From assembly GCF_009914755.1 (NCBI RefSeq), contig NC_060926.1: 64,000 nt of DNA; one strand, written 5' to 3'. Below, piece after piece: positions 1-15,798 of this stretch. The notes under the pieces were generated by a model. That model saw nothing but the letters and a program-made list of their open reading frames with translations. It was not told the DNA's origin and searched no databases. This DNA is from the human T2T-CHM13v2.0 reference genome, Homo sapiens. The position numbers were made by a program, and so were the translations under genes. Positions within the stretch are counted from its first letter, which is position 1. The number at the start of each line of letters is the position of its first letter.

Positions 1-1261
1 TTATATCTCATATAAGGCAGTGGAAGTTCAGGGGACCAAAACTCACAAGGAGGGAAAAGGATGCATTAATTTGGCAGCTGCAGAAGAGGCAGAAAGTGGA
101 AGAATGGGAAGAGAGGAAGAGAAGGGTCAGGAGAGAAACAGGAAGAAAGCAGAAAAGAAAGAAATGGCATGAATAAAATTGCTTGTATTTCAGTCAATAT
201 TTTAGGAATATTTAAGATCTTCCAAGATCTCTATAGAAGCCCCGCTGTGATGATCTTTGCTAACAGTGGAACTCCTCCTTTCTCTCATCCTGTCTTATAA
301 AGAAAATAGCATCAGGAAATGAAAATTCCTAAATCTAGTGCCCCCAAGGGAAATAGGACATTTATATGCTTTTGATGAAATACAGCATCTTTAACTGAAA
401 GCTGTGTGTCCTAGATCAAAGACCAGCAAAGCCAGCATAAATTTAAGAGTAGAAATCTAGCAATGCAAGTGAACTTGGCTAGGAGGACCACAGGCACTGG
501 ATGCTGGTGATTAAGACTTGGGACTATGATTTAAACATTTCCCTGATTTCCAAAAGATGATAAAAAACTATGACATGTCCAGTGGCTGGACTTTTTTTTT
601 TTTGTCTTTATTTCTATTTAAAGCCAAAAGAAAGCAACATTGAACAGGAATGATTTCTCACTAGCTTCTCACCATCTACATAATTGTTATCAACAAATAT
701 AAAGTCCAGTATTTTTTAAAAAATGTAATTCTGGGAAGATTTGATTCAAATCAGCTACTAACCCAAGTGGCCATTTAGACTTGTATATTGCTTCCTAGTC
801 CAAAGATTCAACCATGGGACTCTGATGCCCACTATATAAATAGTGTCCAGTGGCCCCCAAATCACACCTGTAGCAATCACACATGTCACATTCCTGTCAA
901 AAGTTTATTTTATGATACTAAAAGATAATTCTTCAGTAGTATATTGATTGAAACAGTTCAGCCTTGCTAAACATGATGCTTTTATCTATTTAAATATGCC
1001 GTGTCTCCCAACCTTCCACAGCTGCTCGAAGGCCAGCAGACGCAAAATCTATCATTTTCCACTGTGAACTGTTTCTGCCCTTGCCCCCAGTCATTTCTTA
1101 CTCATTTTGTTATTTTGCAACATATGTATTTTAATTCACTAACAAGAGTCGTGATTATTCGTTTTAAAAATATCAAGTAGAGCTTCAAAAAGAAAAGGAA
1201 AATCATCCACACAGTATGTTTTCAGGACTGCAGGTCCATATTCTGAATTTGACATTTCATA

Positions 1262-1470
1262 GTGTTAGCATGGAAAGAGCACTGGATTAGGAGTTAGGAA
1301 ATCCGTACTGCATTTTTGATGCCACCATTTACTGGTTACATCACATTAGTTACTGAGTCTTTCCCTGAGGCACTGTGGCTTCCTTTATAAAATACTCATG
1401 TTTCTATCTTTCCTAACAATCCCACAGGGTAGAAAGGATATCATGCAATATTTAATGTTGGTGTTCTTTA
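1262..1470 (+). mobile_element. MIR SINE, degraded
   Basis: Segments 'gaaagagcactggattaggag...gccaccatttactggtt...tcctttataaaat' follow the MIR consensus order; boundaries approximate. Confidence 0.55.
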
Positions 1471-1751
1471 AAATATGTCAACTGCTCCCTGACATGAAGG
1501 CGTTATGTCTCTTCTCTCATACAGGTCTAACATATTCAAGCTGATCACCATGCACAATACATTCAGTTGCCTTCCATCTAAAAGATACGTAGAACATTGC
1601 ATTGTTTTCCAATACCCTCATATATTGTGTTAATCTATCCTTTCCTCCCCAAATAAATGGTAGATGCCTGAAGGGGACAAGAGTCAAGTCTTCATTCCTA
1701 CTTCCTCTAGTGTCCAGCATATGTGAAACATATCTAGTCTCTTAGTACTTA

Positions 1752-2335
1752 CAGTCAGTTCTCATTATTCACAGTAGCTGTGGCAAATAAAGTCCCTGTG
1801 AACACTGAATTAGCAAATACTGAACCATTGCTCCCATGGGGAAATACAGGGCTATGTTCCTGCAAACCTCTGATCACATTTTCATCACTGAATCAATCCA
1901 TTGCCTTGTTTTATGTGTTTCTGAATGATAATGACACCTTCCTTAATACATAATGTTGATTCATCAACATTGAACTCATGACCAGCAGCACTCTAACTCA
2001 TGCCTAAAAGAAACATATCTAATATGTATTTTCTCCATAAGGCACATCACATCTTTCTTGCATTTAGGAACATTAGACAGCCCTTTAGTATTATGCTTGA
2101 GGGCCATTTTAAACAGCAAAGTCACCAACGTAAAACACAAAAACGTGGTGCTAAAAAGACCTAAAATAGCGCACTTGTTTACAGTGTGAGAGCTGAAACA
2201 AGAAGGAAGCCAATAGTCTTGTTCAACTTCAGCCAGGAACATGTGCATTGGGAACACAAACGTTTGCCATTCTCTGCGTGTTTGCTAAGGATCATCAAAG
2301 TGCCAGGGCTACAAATAAATAACAAGGATCAACTG
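1752..2335. mobile_element. MER82 (TcMar-Tigger) non-autonomous DNA transposon
   Basis: Terminal inverted repeats CAGTCAGTTCTCATTATT / AATAACAAGGATCAACTG, TA on both sides (1750-51, 2336-37); internal 'gaacactgaattagcaaatactgaaccattgctcc' matches recalled MER82; short deletion near the right end. Confidence 0.8.
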
Positions 2336-3399
2336 TATTTGTTATTCTCTTGATTGCTAGGAATGGATAAGGCTGGGACTTTGGAGAGCGATTTGTATAA
2401 GGAAAAGCCATAGAAATAGAATAAGCGTAGAAGATTGTGAATAACCTTCCCAAGAGCATTCAATTAGGAAGATGCTTCCCCTCCTCCCTCACTCCCCTGC
2501 CTGTCTTATATTGTCTGGGGCCTTGGGAGATAAAGGCAGGGTTAGAGAAAGGATGGGCCAGAAATCTTAGTTTTACAGGAGTCTCAAGAGCTAAAGAGAA
2601 AATATTTATGGCTGCCTCAAAAGAAGAAATTGTAGCTGTAGTCTTCCAGGCAGATGTCTAGGGCACCTTTGCAATACTTAGGAGGTTCTAGGGTGTATGC
2701 TGTGATACGGATACAGCAATATTTGTTATAAATGATTGTAATTTTGTGGAACAAGGAGCAATTCTCTGTCTAGATAGTGTAGAAAAAGTATTGTGGGCAA
2801 AAACATGAGTAATCTGGATGAAGCAAATAAAGCTTGTGTGTACCCATTAATTTGTGTCTCTTCAGCTAGTCAGTCTTTGGGCTTGCAATTTTGTTATCTA
2901 AGGGAAACTGAGGCAGAATCTCACAAATTGTTCTCAGGTGATTGAAGAACTGGTTGGAGGAAACATGGTTTTTGGCTAACTGTAATGTATTCTAAAAAAA
3001 TTCAGCACAGACAGTGCAATGTAAGTGTTTCTTAACGCTGTCTGTACCCCAAGAGTGTCAGTGCCTTTATCAGGAATTTATGCCCCAACACCTCAGTCAG
3101 AATTACAGCAGACAGAGGTGGCTTCTAGAAGCCTTGTGCTACTATCATCTCTAATTATGATGTGGCTGTGCTCATTAGTTATAATATCTGTTGAAAATAA
3201 GTTATCACTGATGAAATTAAGGGCTTGTTAATTGGTCCAACGAAAGTTAGGAGGAAGTTAATCCTTTGTGAAATTATTAATAGGCAAGATGCGTGAATTA
3301 ACTAAATTTTACCTGAACACGCCTCACTTCTACATAAACAGAGTATGTGACTCTAAGAGGCTTTTCACCCTTTATTATGAGGAATGGTTCCATAATAAT

Positions 3400-3520
3400 A
3401 GTAATAATAAAAACTAACACTTATTTCTAGCACACTGCTCTGAGTGATTTAAATGAATTAATTCATATAATCATTACAAAATGATATGAGGTAGGTACTA
3501 TTGTTGATCCCTAACAGTTC
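3400..3520 (-). mobile_element. MIR fragment
   Basis: 'taataataaaaactaacacttatt...atgaggtaggtactatt' matches the antisense MIR core. Confidence 0.55.
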
Positions 3521-4507
3521 TTAGTCACTTAATTCTGAGAGATGGTGAGGTGGGTGCTGTCGTTGAAATACTGTCATATTTGCTTCAGGAAAACCATTTT
3601 TGGAAGACATTTTTTTCAGGTACTTAAAAGAATGAAGAGCTGGAACTTCACCAAGCTTCTAGAATAGGCTACAAAATTTTGTGCCTACTCATTAATAAAT
3701 GTCTAGATCTGTAGCAGAAGTTGGTCTTGGTGTTGAATTCATTATGAGCTGTACTTGTGTGAACTCTTGGAAACGGGGTTCACACTCAGTTGCCGCCAAC
3801 AACCATGGCTACTGAGATCTACCTAAAAGAACCTAAGGACTGTATGTGCTAAGCTGTCCTAAGCCCACTCACGCCTGATGATTTATCATGAACAAGAATA
3901 CAGGGAGCCTACGTTGAACAACAGTTAAGAAATGAGACATGGATTTGAAAGTTGAGAGGAAAACACAAAAGAAATAGAAAGAGATGGAAGAGGAGAGTGA
4001 GTGGAAGAGGGAGATTCTGGAGAAATGGGAAAGGACAGGCCATTTCAAGTTATTTCTTCATATTACAAAAATCAACCTTTTTGTCTCAAAAAACAGGATG
4101 GTTGTCAGGCAGACACTTTCATTCTTTTCATATTTTCCTTAAGCTTAATTGGAAACCCTTAAAGCTCAGTATTAAGCTTTTTAAATAGAAAAGTAGACAC
4201 TAAAATCAGCAGAGGGGAAATATATTAAAACCCACAGGCAGCACTAATATTTTAAAAATTAAAAATGAGAAGAGTGTCGGTCTTGCATTTTGCATTTCTA
4301 CCAGTATCCCCATAAAGTAAAGATAAGCAGACCCCACATATCCATCTACCTACTTTTCTGAGTTTGAACTGAGCGTCAGTAAAAAGGGACAGACTCAGAA
4401 GAGGGTTTGTTCTGGAGAGCTGTAAAGCTAAACCCCTGATCCTGTTACCCCTCTGGATTATTGCAGGTCCCTAAGAGTAAGATCAGAAAATGAGAGTAAG
4501 AGCATTG

Positions 4508-4522
4508 ATAATAATAATAATA

Positions 4523-4556
<34 letters not shown>
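4508..4556. repeat. (TAA)n microsatellite with one interruption
   Basis: Read directly. Confidence 0.95.
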
Positions 4557-4557
<1 letters not shown>

Positions 4558-5199
4558 CCAGGCTAAAAGCATCTCTGGAGATTTACTGCAATCTTTTTAT
4601 TATTCAGATGATAAACTTGTGTTACAGAAAAGTCAGGTTTATTTATGAAGTGTTTATTTATCTTGAGGAACACTTTCACCTCCAACCACCGATAGTCCAG
4701 TCATAGATATAGATTGGTGAATTCAGTCAACTTAGCTATTACCTAGCACCTCCCCAATGATATAACAAATCAGAGGGAGTGCTGGGGATCAAGATGAGCC
4801 AATGCGGTACTCAAGTCACTCAAATTGAATTAAAGCCTAGATGTGCAGTTTGACTTGGAAACGTGACTAGATTTATTCAAGTCAAGATTGGTTGTGTTTA
4901 GCTCTGAAATATTCTGTAATCTCTATCTTGTCTTTCATTCGATTTAATAAAAATTTCATGTTTGGTGGCTTGCATACAACTTGGTGCTTAAGTACCAAGT
5001 CAGGGTCATAGAGATTTCACTATAACTGCAAGTTCAAGTGTTGCAGGCATCACAGGAGCACCAACCAATAATATGCCATCTTTTAATCACTGTCAGCTTA
5101 TATAGTTTGTAGAATTGTTTCAACCGATTTCTGTTGGTGACAAACACTTCCTAGGCTCATGCTCTTTCAGTTTCAATGTGTTCATAATGTAGCGTGACA

Positions 5200-5385
5200 A
5201 CATGAGACTGGAGTGCCTGACTGTGAGTATGAATCCAAGCTTCATTGTTTTTATTCATGTGACATTGAGTTTAAGGGCCCCTTGTCCCAGTTTCCTCATC
5301 TGGAAAATGATTATAACGCTAAATGTAATGAAATTGGAACCATTTCTAAAATCTATTAAACACACAATAAATATGTTATTATTCT
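5200..5385 (+). mobile_element. MIR SINE
   Basis: 'tgtgacattgag...cagtttcctcatctggaaaatg...aataaatatgttattatt'. Confidence 0.6.
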
Positions 5386-5569
5386 TTATTCATGTGTACT
5401 TAGTTTAGCTTATTTATTCTTTATTCATAGGTACTTTATGCCAAAGACATAAAGATAATGAGCTGCGATGTGGTTTTTAATTTGGCCATATTCTAAAGTC
5501 TTCCCACTCAGTCTATAGTCAAGCTCAGCCACTTCTTAATTTATTACCATAGCCTCTGTTTCTCTAAAT

Positions 5570-5735
5570 CTGTGTTGCTCAAACTTTAGTGTGCATAGAA
5601 CATACACTAGAGGGGCTAGAAGGGCTGTTAAATCACAGATTGCTTTGCTTTTGATTTCCTTAATCTTTGGAGGACCCTGATAATTTGCATTTCTAACAAG
5701 CTCCCAGGTGATGCTGAAGCTGCTAGTCCAGGGGA
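5570..5735. mobile_element. MER5A (hAT-Charlie)
   Basis: 'tgctcaaactttagtgtgcat...ttgcatttctaacaagctcccaggtgatgctga' is typical of MER5A. Confidence 0.75.
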
Positions 5736-6056
5736 ATGCCAAGGTCCTTATTTCAGGTTTTATTAACTAACACATGGAGAGCTTTCTCATTAAGCTCCTT
5801 ACCAATGATCTCACCTCCCGTTAGTTGATCCAATATAATTACAGGCAGATCAGTGTTCCCTAAGCATAGATCATAGTGCTGTTCCCAGTTCTCTTCTTTA
5901 AAGCATTCTTTAAAAACTTCAAGATGTCTATTATATAAACCTATTTGTTCTCATCTCACACCATGTAACTATAAATTCTCTTTACTACAGTTAGAAAAAA
6001 ATATTCTATTTTCCTTCTCATCTTTTGTATTTGAGCTCTTTTATTTGTTGCCTTAC

Positions 6057-6250
6057 CAGTGGCTATGAGCAGGAACTCAGACACTACACTAGGGTTCAAT
6101 TCTTGCTTCTACAAACTTGCTAGCTATGTGGCCTTGGGCAGGTTATTTAAGCTCAGTTTTCCCATCTGTAAAAAAGGTTAATTGTAGGGTTGTTGTGAGG
6201 ATTAAATGAGTCGACAAATTTAAAGCATTTAAAATACAATAGTGCCTAGA
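6057..6250 (+). mobile_element. MIR SINE
   Basis: 'gggttcaattcttgcttct...tagctatgtggccttgggcagg...catctgtaaaa...gttgttgtgaggattaaatgag'. Confidence 0.8.
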
Positions 6251-6297
6251 GTATATGTGTGTGTATCTATATATACACTATCTTAGCGTCTAGAGTG

Positions 6298-6302
<5 letters not shown>

Positions 6303-6346
<44 letters not shown>
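6303..6346. repeat. (TA)n(CA)n compound microsatellite
   Basis: Read directly. Confidence 0.95.
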
Positions 6347-6348
<2 letters not shown>

Positions 6349-8750
6349 GCTTTTTGCTGTTGTTTTCTGAAATGGGTTTTTTTTTCCCCTTGTTTTATGG
6401 TAGGGAGAAAATAAATCAGAATTTATGATAATATTGTTACATATAATTCCTAATACTGGTCATCCAAATAGTCACCATAACAAAACTAAACTAAACAAGA
6501 ACAAAAATTAAAAAGTCCCTTCCAGGTCTGGGCATATTAGGCCTCCAGTCCAACCAGCATCAGCTAGAGAAAAGATCAATGCCATGAACTGGCAACCTGG
6601 GATCTGTGTGCCTGAATTCCAAGACACTGTCTGTCATACACATCTACCACTGCAGAAAGAAGCATGAGATTGTTGAGAACAACTAGAAGTGGAAGGACAA
6701 CTCTAAGGCAATTTAGGGTAATATTAAGACTAAAGCATAATTTCCAAATTCTTTGGTAAACACAGATACTCAAACCAGGAACCAGAAATCATGTACCATA
6801 TGTTTAATTTCCTGAATGTCCAAGGACTCAGAGCATAAAACAATTTGATTTATCTTTGTGAATATATGTTGTAGAGCATATACTACAATTTGAATGCACT
6901 GAGAGGAACTTAATCATGCGATTCAAATTGAGTCTCTATCTGGGATCTATAATCTAATCCCCACCCAATTCAGAAATTCAGGATATATAAATTATATATA
7001 TATACATATATATACACATATATACAATATTTATATATACATATATATATATATTTGTTAGGTTACACATTTTGTCAGAGATATTCTGATGTCAATACTA
7101 TAGATAAGTTGGTATGACTATTCTACTATCAAGACCTTTTTACCAGGTAAAATTAAAATTCTGTAGCATGTTATATTAAGCCCTTTAAAATGTGCCTCCA
7201 TGCCTCTTGTTTTACCTCCATTTCAACTTCTGCCACTTTCCCCACAAACACCCCAGGCTCCAGCCACATGAATTTCTCACTCTTCCATAAAACACACTGC
7301 ACACTTTTTGTTGTTGTTGTTTTTACTTTGACATATCCCATGCTATTCTCTCTGTAAAACTATCTTTTCTACTTCCTTCGTCTCTTAGTATTGCATTAAT
7401 TGTTCTATCAAATGTTAATATATATTTCCCCATTGGAAAAATTTCTGAACTCTGTCATTTTTTTGCTACCTTCTCAAGTGTAGAATATTACAAATACCTA
7501 AAAAAAGAGTGAGGATATGTAACAGTGTATTCACATTACTATTGTGCAGAATAAATGATGATCAAAGCAACTGGTTAAGTCTATCACCATGTTTAGTGGT
7601 TAAAATCACCAAAGCCAACAGAGAAATGAAACAAATCCTCTTCAACTTACCCTTATAGGTTTATTGGTGAGTTATTTTTATTATCTAAAATATATAAGAA
7701 GTTTAGGCTTAATTTTAATTTGAATGCTAAGTAAGCTGGTTATAAAGAATGATGGAATTCATTGTCATATTTTCCTACTCATGTTATAAACAGATGTCTT
7801 TCTTTTCCATACTTCAAAAAAAAAAAGAAAGTACTGCCAAGCTAAGATGCTTGCTGCCAAGTTGAATTACAGAACAAACATTTATAGCCAACTTATAAAT
7901 TCTTAACTGTAGGGTTTTATAATGGAAATACTGTCACCATTTTCACTATAACCATTCAAATAATATTACTATAGCAAAACTTATCATCTAATATTTTTTT
8001 CTGGGATGGATGAGGGAAGACTAGCTATAAGAGTTGGAAAAACTTCTAGTAGCTCAATTCAAATTGCACAATTATTCCAATAGTTCAAGTCTCTTAGAAT
8101 ACTGATTTTAAAGTAAGAAGTATATGCTCCAAAACATTTATTCTTAAAAGATAGGAAATTTTTTGATACCTGTATAAGAAATATATGACCTCTGAGGCAT
8201 TTTGAAAAATTATTAATCAATGTTGCTTTTCTAAAACTGTCTTATTTTCCTTTTGTAAAAGAATTACTTTCCCTCACATTTTCTCTGTTCTATTGCTGAG
8301 ATGATTCCCCCGGAGAACTGTGTGTTTATCTTGACAGGTGTTAGTAGATCCAAAGACCTCTGTGGAATTGTTCCTGGTTGCGTTCAAGTACAGTAGAAAA
8401 CATTATGCCTGCAAAGCAATGAACTTACCTTATTGCCTTCTAAATAAAATAAACCACACAGCAAGTGGAATTAATCTACTAATGTCTTCCTAATGAAGCT
8501 TTCATTAGACATATGGTGTGGTCTTCAATATTTAACACGACAGGTATTAAAACAAAGCATATCTGATGATTTTTTTAAAGCATACTTGATGACTGCCTCT
8601 TACGTTATTTTTAAATGAACTAGTTTACCTTCAGATTGCTTTAGGCACCTAATCAAAGAGATACAAGAAAATATCTAGACTTAAGATTTTTTTTTAATCA
8701 AATAGAAGAAACAAATGCCTCACTACCAATGCCCTTAAATGATGAAAACT

Positions 8751-9035
8751 GGGCCAGGTGCTCAGGCCTGAAATCTTAGCACTTTGGAAGGCGAAGACAG
8801 AAGGATCACTGGAGACTACCAGTTTGAGACCAGCTTGAGCAACATAAGGAGACCCCATCTCTACAAAAAATTTAAAAAAATTTTGTAGAGGCATGGTGGT
8901 ATATATCTGTGGTGCTAGCTAACATAGGAGGATCACTTTAACCCAGTTCAAGGCAGCAGTGAGTAATGATAAGGCCACTGTGCTCCAGCCTGGGTGACAG
9001 AGAGATCCCATCTCTACATAAACAAATAAATAATA
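8751..9035 (+). mobile_element. AluJ-type SINE, diverged
   Basis: Dimeric Alu layout; J-type 'ggatcacttta acccagttcaaggcagcagtgag' right arm; decayed A tail. Confidence 0.85.
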
Positions 9036-9036
9036 C

Positions 9037-9370
<334 letters not shown>

Positions 9371-9907
9371 ATATTTTTATTTATTTATGTGCTATTCTCA
9401 TATTGAAGGGAGAGGCAAATTTCCGATTTTCTGTGCAGTGTAAAATTTCATGCATTAATAAAATTTATAAGGCAAATATTAAGAATGAAATTGTTTTAGC
9501 CCAATTCACAGTGGTTTGCTTTAGAAGTAGCAAACACTGGATTCCCAGGCAAGATGGCCAAATAGGAACAGCTCTGGTCTGCAGCTCCTAGCAAGACCAA
9601 TTCAGAAGGCAGGTGATTTCTGCATTTTCAACTAAGGTACCTGGTTCATCTCACTGGGACTGGTTAGACAGTGGGTGCAGCCCACGGAGAGCGAGCCAAA
9701 GCAGGGTGGGGCGTCACATGACCCAGGAAGCACAAGGAGATGGGGAACTCCCTCTCCTAGCCAAGGGAAGCCGGTGAGGGACTGTGCCATGAGGGATGGT
9801 GCTATCCAGCCCACGCACTAGGCTTTTCCCATGGTCTTCACCACCGACAGACCAGGAGATTCCCTCTGGTGCCTACACCACAAGGGACCTGGGTTTCAAG
9901 CACAAAA

Positions 9908-10174
9908 CTAGGTGGCTGCTTGGGCAGACACCAAGCTAGCTGCAGGAGTTTTTCTTTCTACCCCAGTAGTGCCTCGAACGTCAGCGAGACAGAACCATTC
10001 ACTCCCCTGGAAAGGGGGATGAAGCCAGGAAGCCAAGTGGTCTTGCTCAGCGAATCCCACCCCCCTGGAGTCCAGCAAGCTAAGATCCACTGGCTTGAAA
10101 TTCTTGCTGCCAGCACAGCAGCCTGAAGTCGACCTGGGATGCTCAAGCTTGGTGTGGGGAGGGACGTCCACCAT
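9908..10174 (-). CDS. L1 ORF0-like antisense ORF, 88 aa (MVDVPPHTKLEHPRSTSGCCAGS...DSRGVGFAE)
   Basis: ATG at 10174 in strong Kozak context (gtaATGG) on the antisense strand of the L1 5'UTR; N-terminus aligns with recalled L1HS ORF0 (MAGAPPP...SDCCAS...DSVGVGPSE); expression unknown. Confidence 0.45.
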   Translation of the reverse strand: MVDVPPHTKLEHPRSTSGCCAGSKNFKPVDLSLLDSRGVGFAEQDHLASWLHPPFQGSEWFCLADVRGTTGVERKTPAASLVSAQAAT

Positions 10175-10905
10175 TACTGAGGCTTGAGTAGGTGGTTTTC
10201 CCCTCACAATGTAAACAAAGCTCGTGGGAAGTTTGGACTGGGCAGAGCCCACCACAGCACCACAAAGCCGCTATAGCCAGACTGCCTCTCTAGATTCCTG
10301 CCCTCTGGGCAGGACATCTCTGAAAAAAAGACAGCAGCCCCAGTCAGGAACTTATAGATAAAACTCCCATCTCCCTGGGATAGAACACATGGGGGAAGGA
10401 GCGGCTGTTGGCACAGCTTCAGCCAACTTACCCACTCCTGCCTGCTGGCTCTGAAAAGAGCAGCAGATCTTGCAGCACATCGCTGGAGCTCTGCTAAGGG
10501 ACAGACTGCCTTCTCAAGTGGGTCCCTGATCCCCATGTCTCCTGATGGGGAGACACCTCCCAGCATGGGTTAACAGACAACTCATACAGGAGAGCTCCAG
10601 CTGGCATCTGGCAGGTGTCCCACTGGGACGAAGCTTCCAGAGGTGGAAGCAAGCAGCAACCTTTACTGTTCCACAGCCTCCACTGGTGATACCCAGGCAA
10701 ACAGGGTCTGGAGCGGACCCCCCAGCAAACTCCAGCAGAACTGCAGAAGACTGTTAGAAGGAAAAGTAACAGAAAGGAAAACAAACAGCAGGAAAACTAA
10801 CAAACAGAAAGCAATAGCATCAACATCAACAGAAAGAACGACCACGCAAAAACTCCATCTGAAGTTTACCAACAGCAAAGACCAAAGGTAGACAAATCCA
10901 CAAAG

Positions 10906-11917
10906 ATGAAGAAAAACCAGTGCAAAGAGGCTGAGAATTTCAAAAACCAGAATTCCTCTTCTCCTTCAAAGGACCACAGCCCCCTGCAAGCAAGGGAACA
11001 AAACTGGACGGCGAATGAGTTTGACGAATTGACAGAAGTAGGCTTCAGAAGGTGGGTAATAACAGACTCCTCTGAGCTAAAGGAGCATGTTCTAACCCAA
11101 TGCAAGGAAGCTAAGAACCTTGAAAAAAAGGTAGACAAATTGCTAATTAGAATAACCAGTTTAGAGAAGAACATAAATGACCTGATGGAGCTGAAAAACA
11201 GAGCACGAGAACTTCGTGAAGCACACACAAGTATCAATAGCCGAACTATCAAGCAGAAGAAGGGATATCAGAGATTGACAATCAACTTAACAAAATAAAG
11301 CATGGAGACAAGATTAGAGAAAAAAGAATGAAAAGGAACGAACAAAGCCTCCAAGATATATGGGATTATATGAAAAGACCAAACCTACATTTGATTGGTC
11401 TACCTCAAAGTGAAGGGGATAATGGAACCAAGTTGGAAAACACACTTCAGGATATTATCCAGGAGAACTTGCCCAACCCGCAAGACAGGCCCACATTCAG
11501 ATTCAGGAAATACAGAGAACACCACAAAGATACTCCTCAAGAAGAGCAACCCCAAAACACATAATCATCAGATTCACCAAGGTTGAAATGAAGGAAAAAA
11601 TGTCAAGGGCACGCAGAGAGAAAGGTTGGGCTACCCACAAATGGAAGCCCATCACACTAACAGCAGCTCTCTCTGCAGAAACCCTCCAAGCCAGAAGAGA
11701 GTGGGGATCAATATTCAACATTCTTAAAGAAAAGAATTTTCAACCCAGAATTTCATATTCAGCCAAAATAAGCTTCATAAGTGAAGGAGAAATAAAATCC
11801 TTTACAGACAAGCAAATGCTGAGGGATTTTGTCACCACCAGGCCTGCCTTACAAGAGCTCCTGAAGGAAGCACTAAATATGGAAAGGAAAAACCAGTTAC
11901 CAGTCACTGTAATGTGA
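10906..11917 (+). pseudogene. L1 ORF1p remnant, frameshifted
   Basis: ORF fragments 10906-11298, 11328-11564 and 11588-11917 carry ORF1p motifs (KRNEQSLQDIWDY, ARREWGSIFNILKEKNFQPRISY, DFVTTRPALQELLKEAL). Confidence 0.93.
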
Positions 11918-11997
11918 AAGACCAATGTGTGTAAAGACCATTGGCACTATGAAGAAACTGCATCAACTAATGGGCAAAGTAACCAACTAGCATCATA

Positions 11998-15798
<3,801 letters not shown>

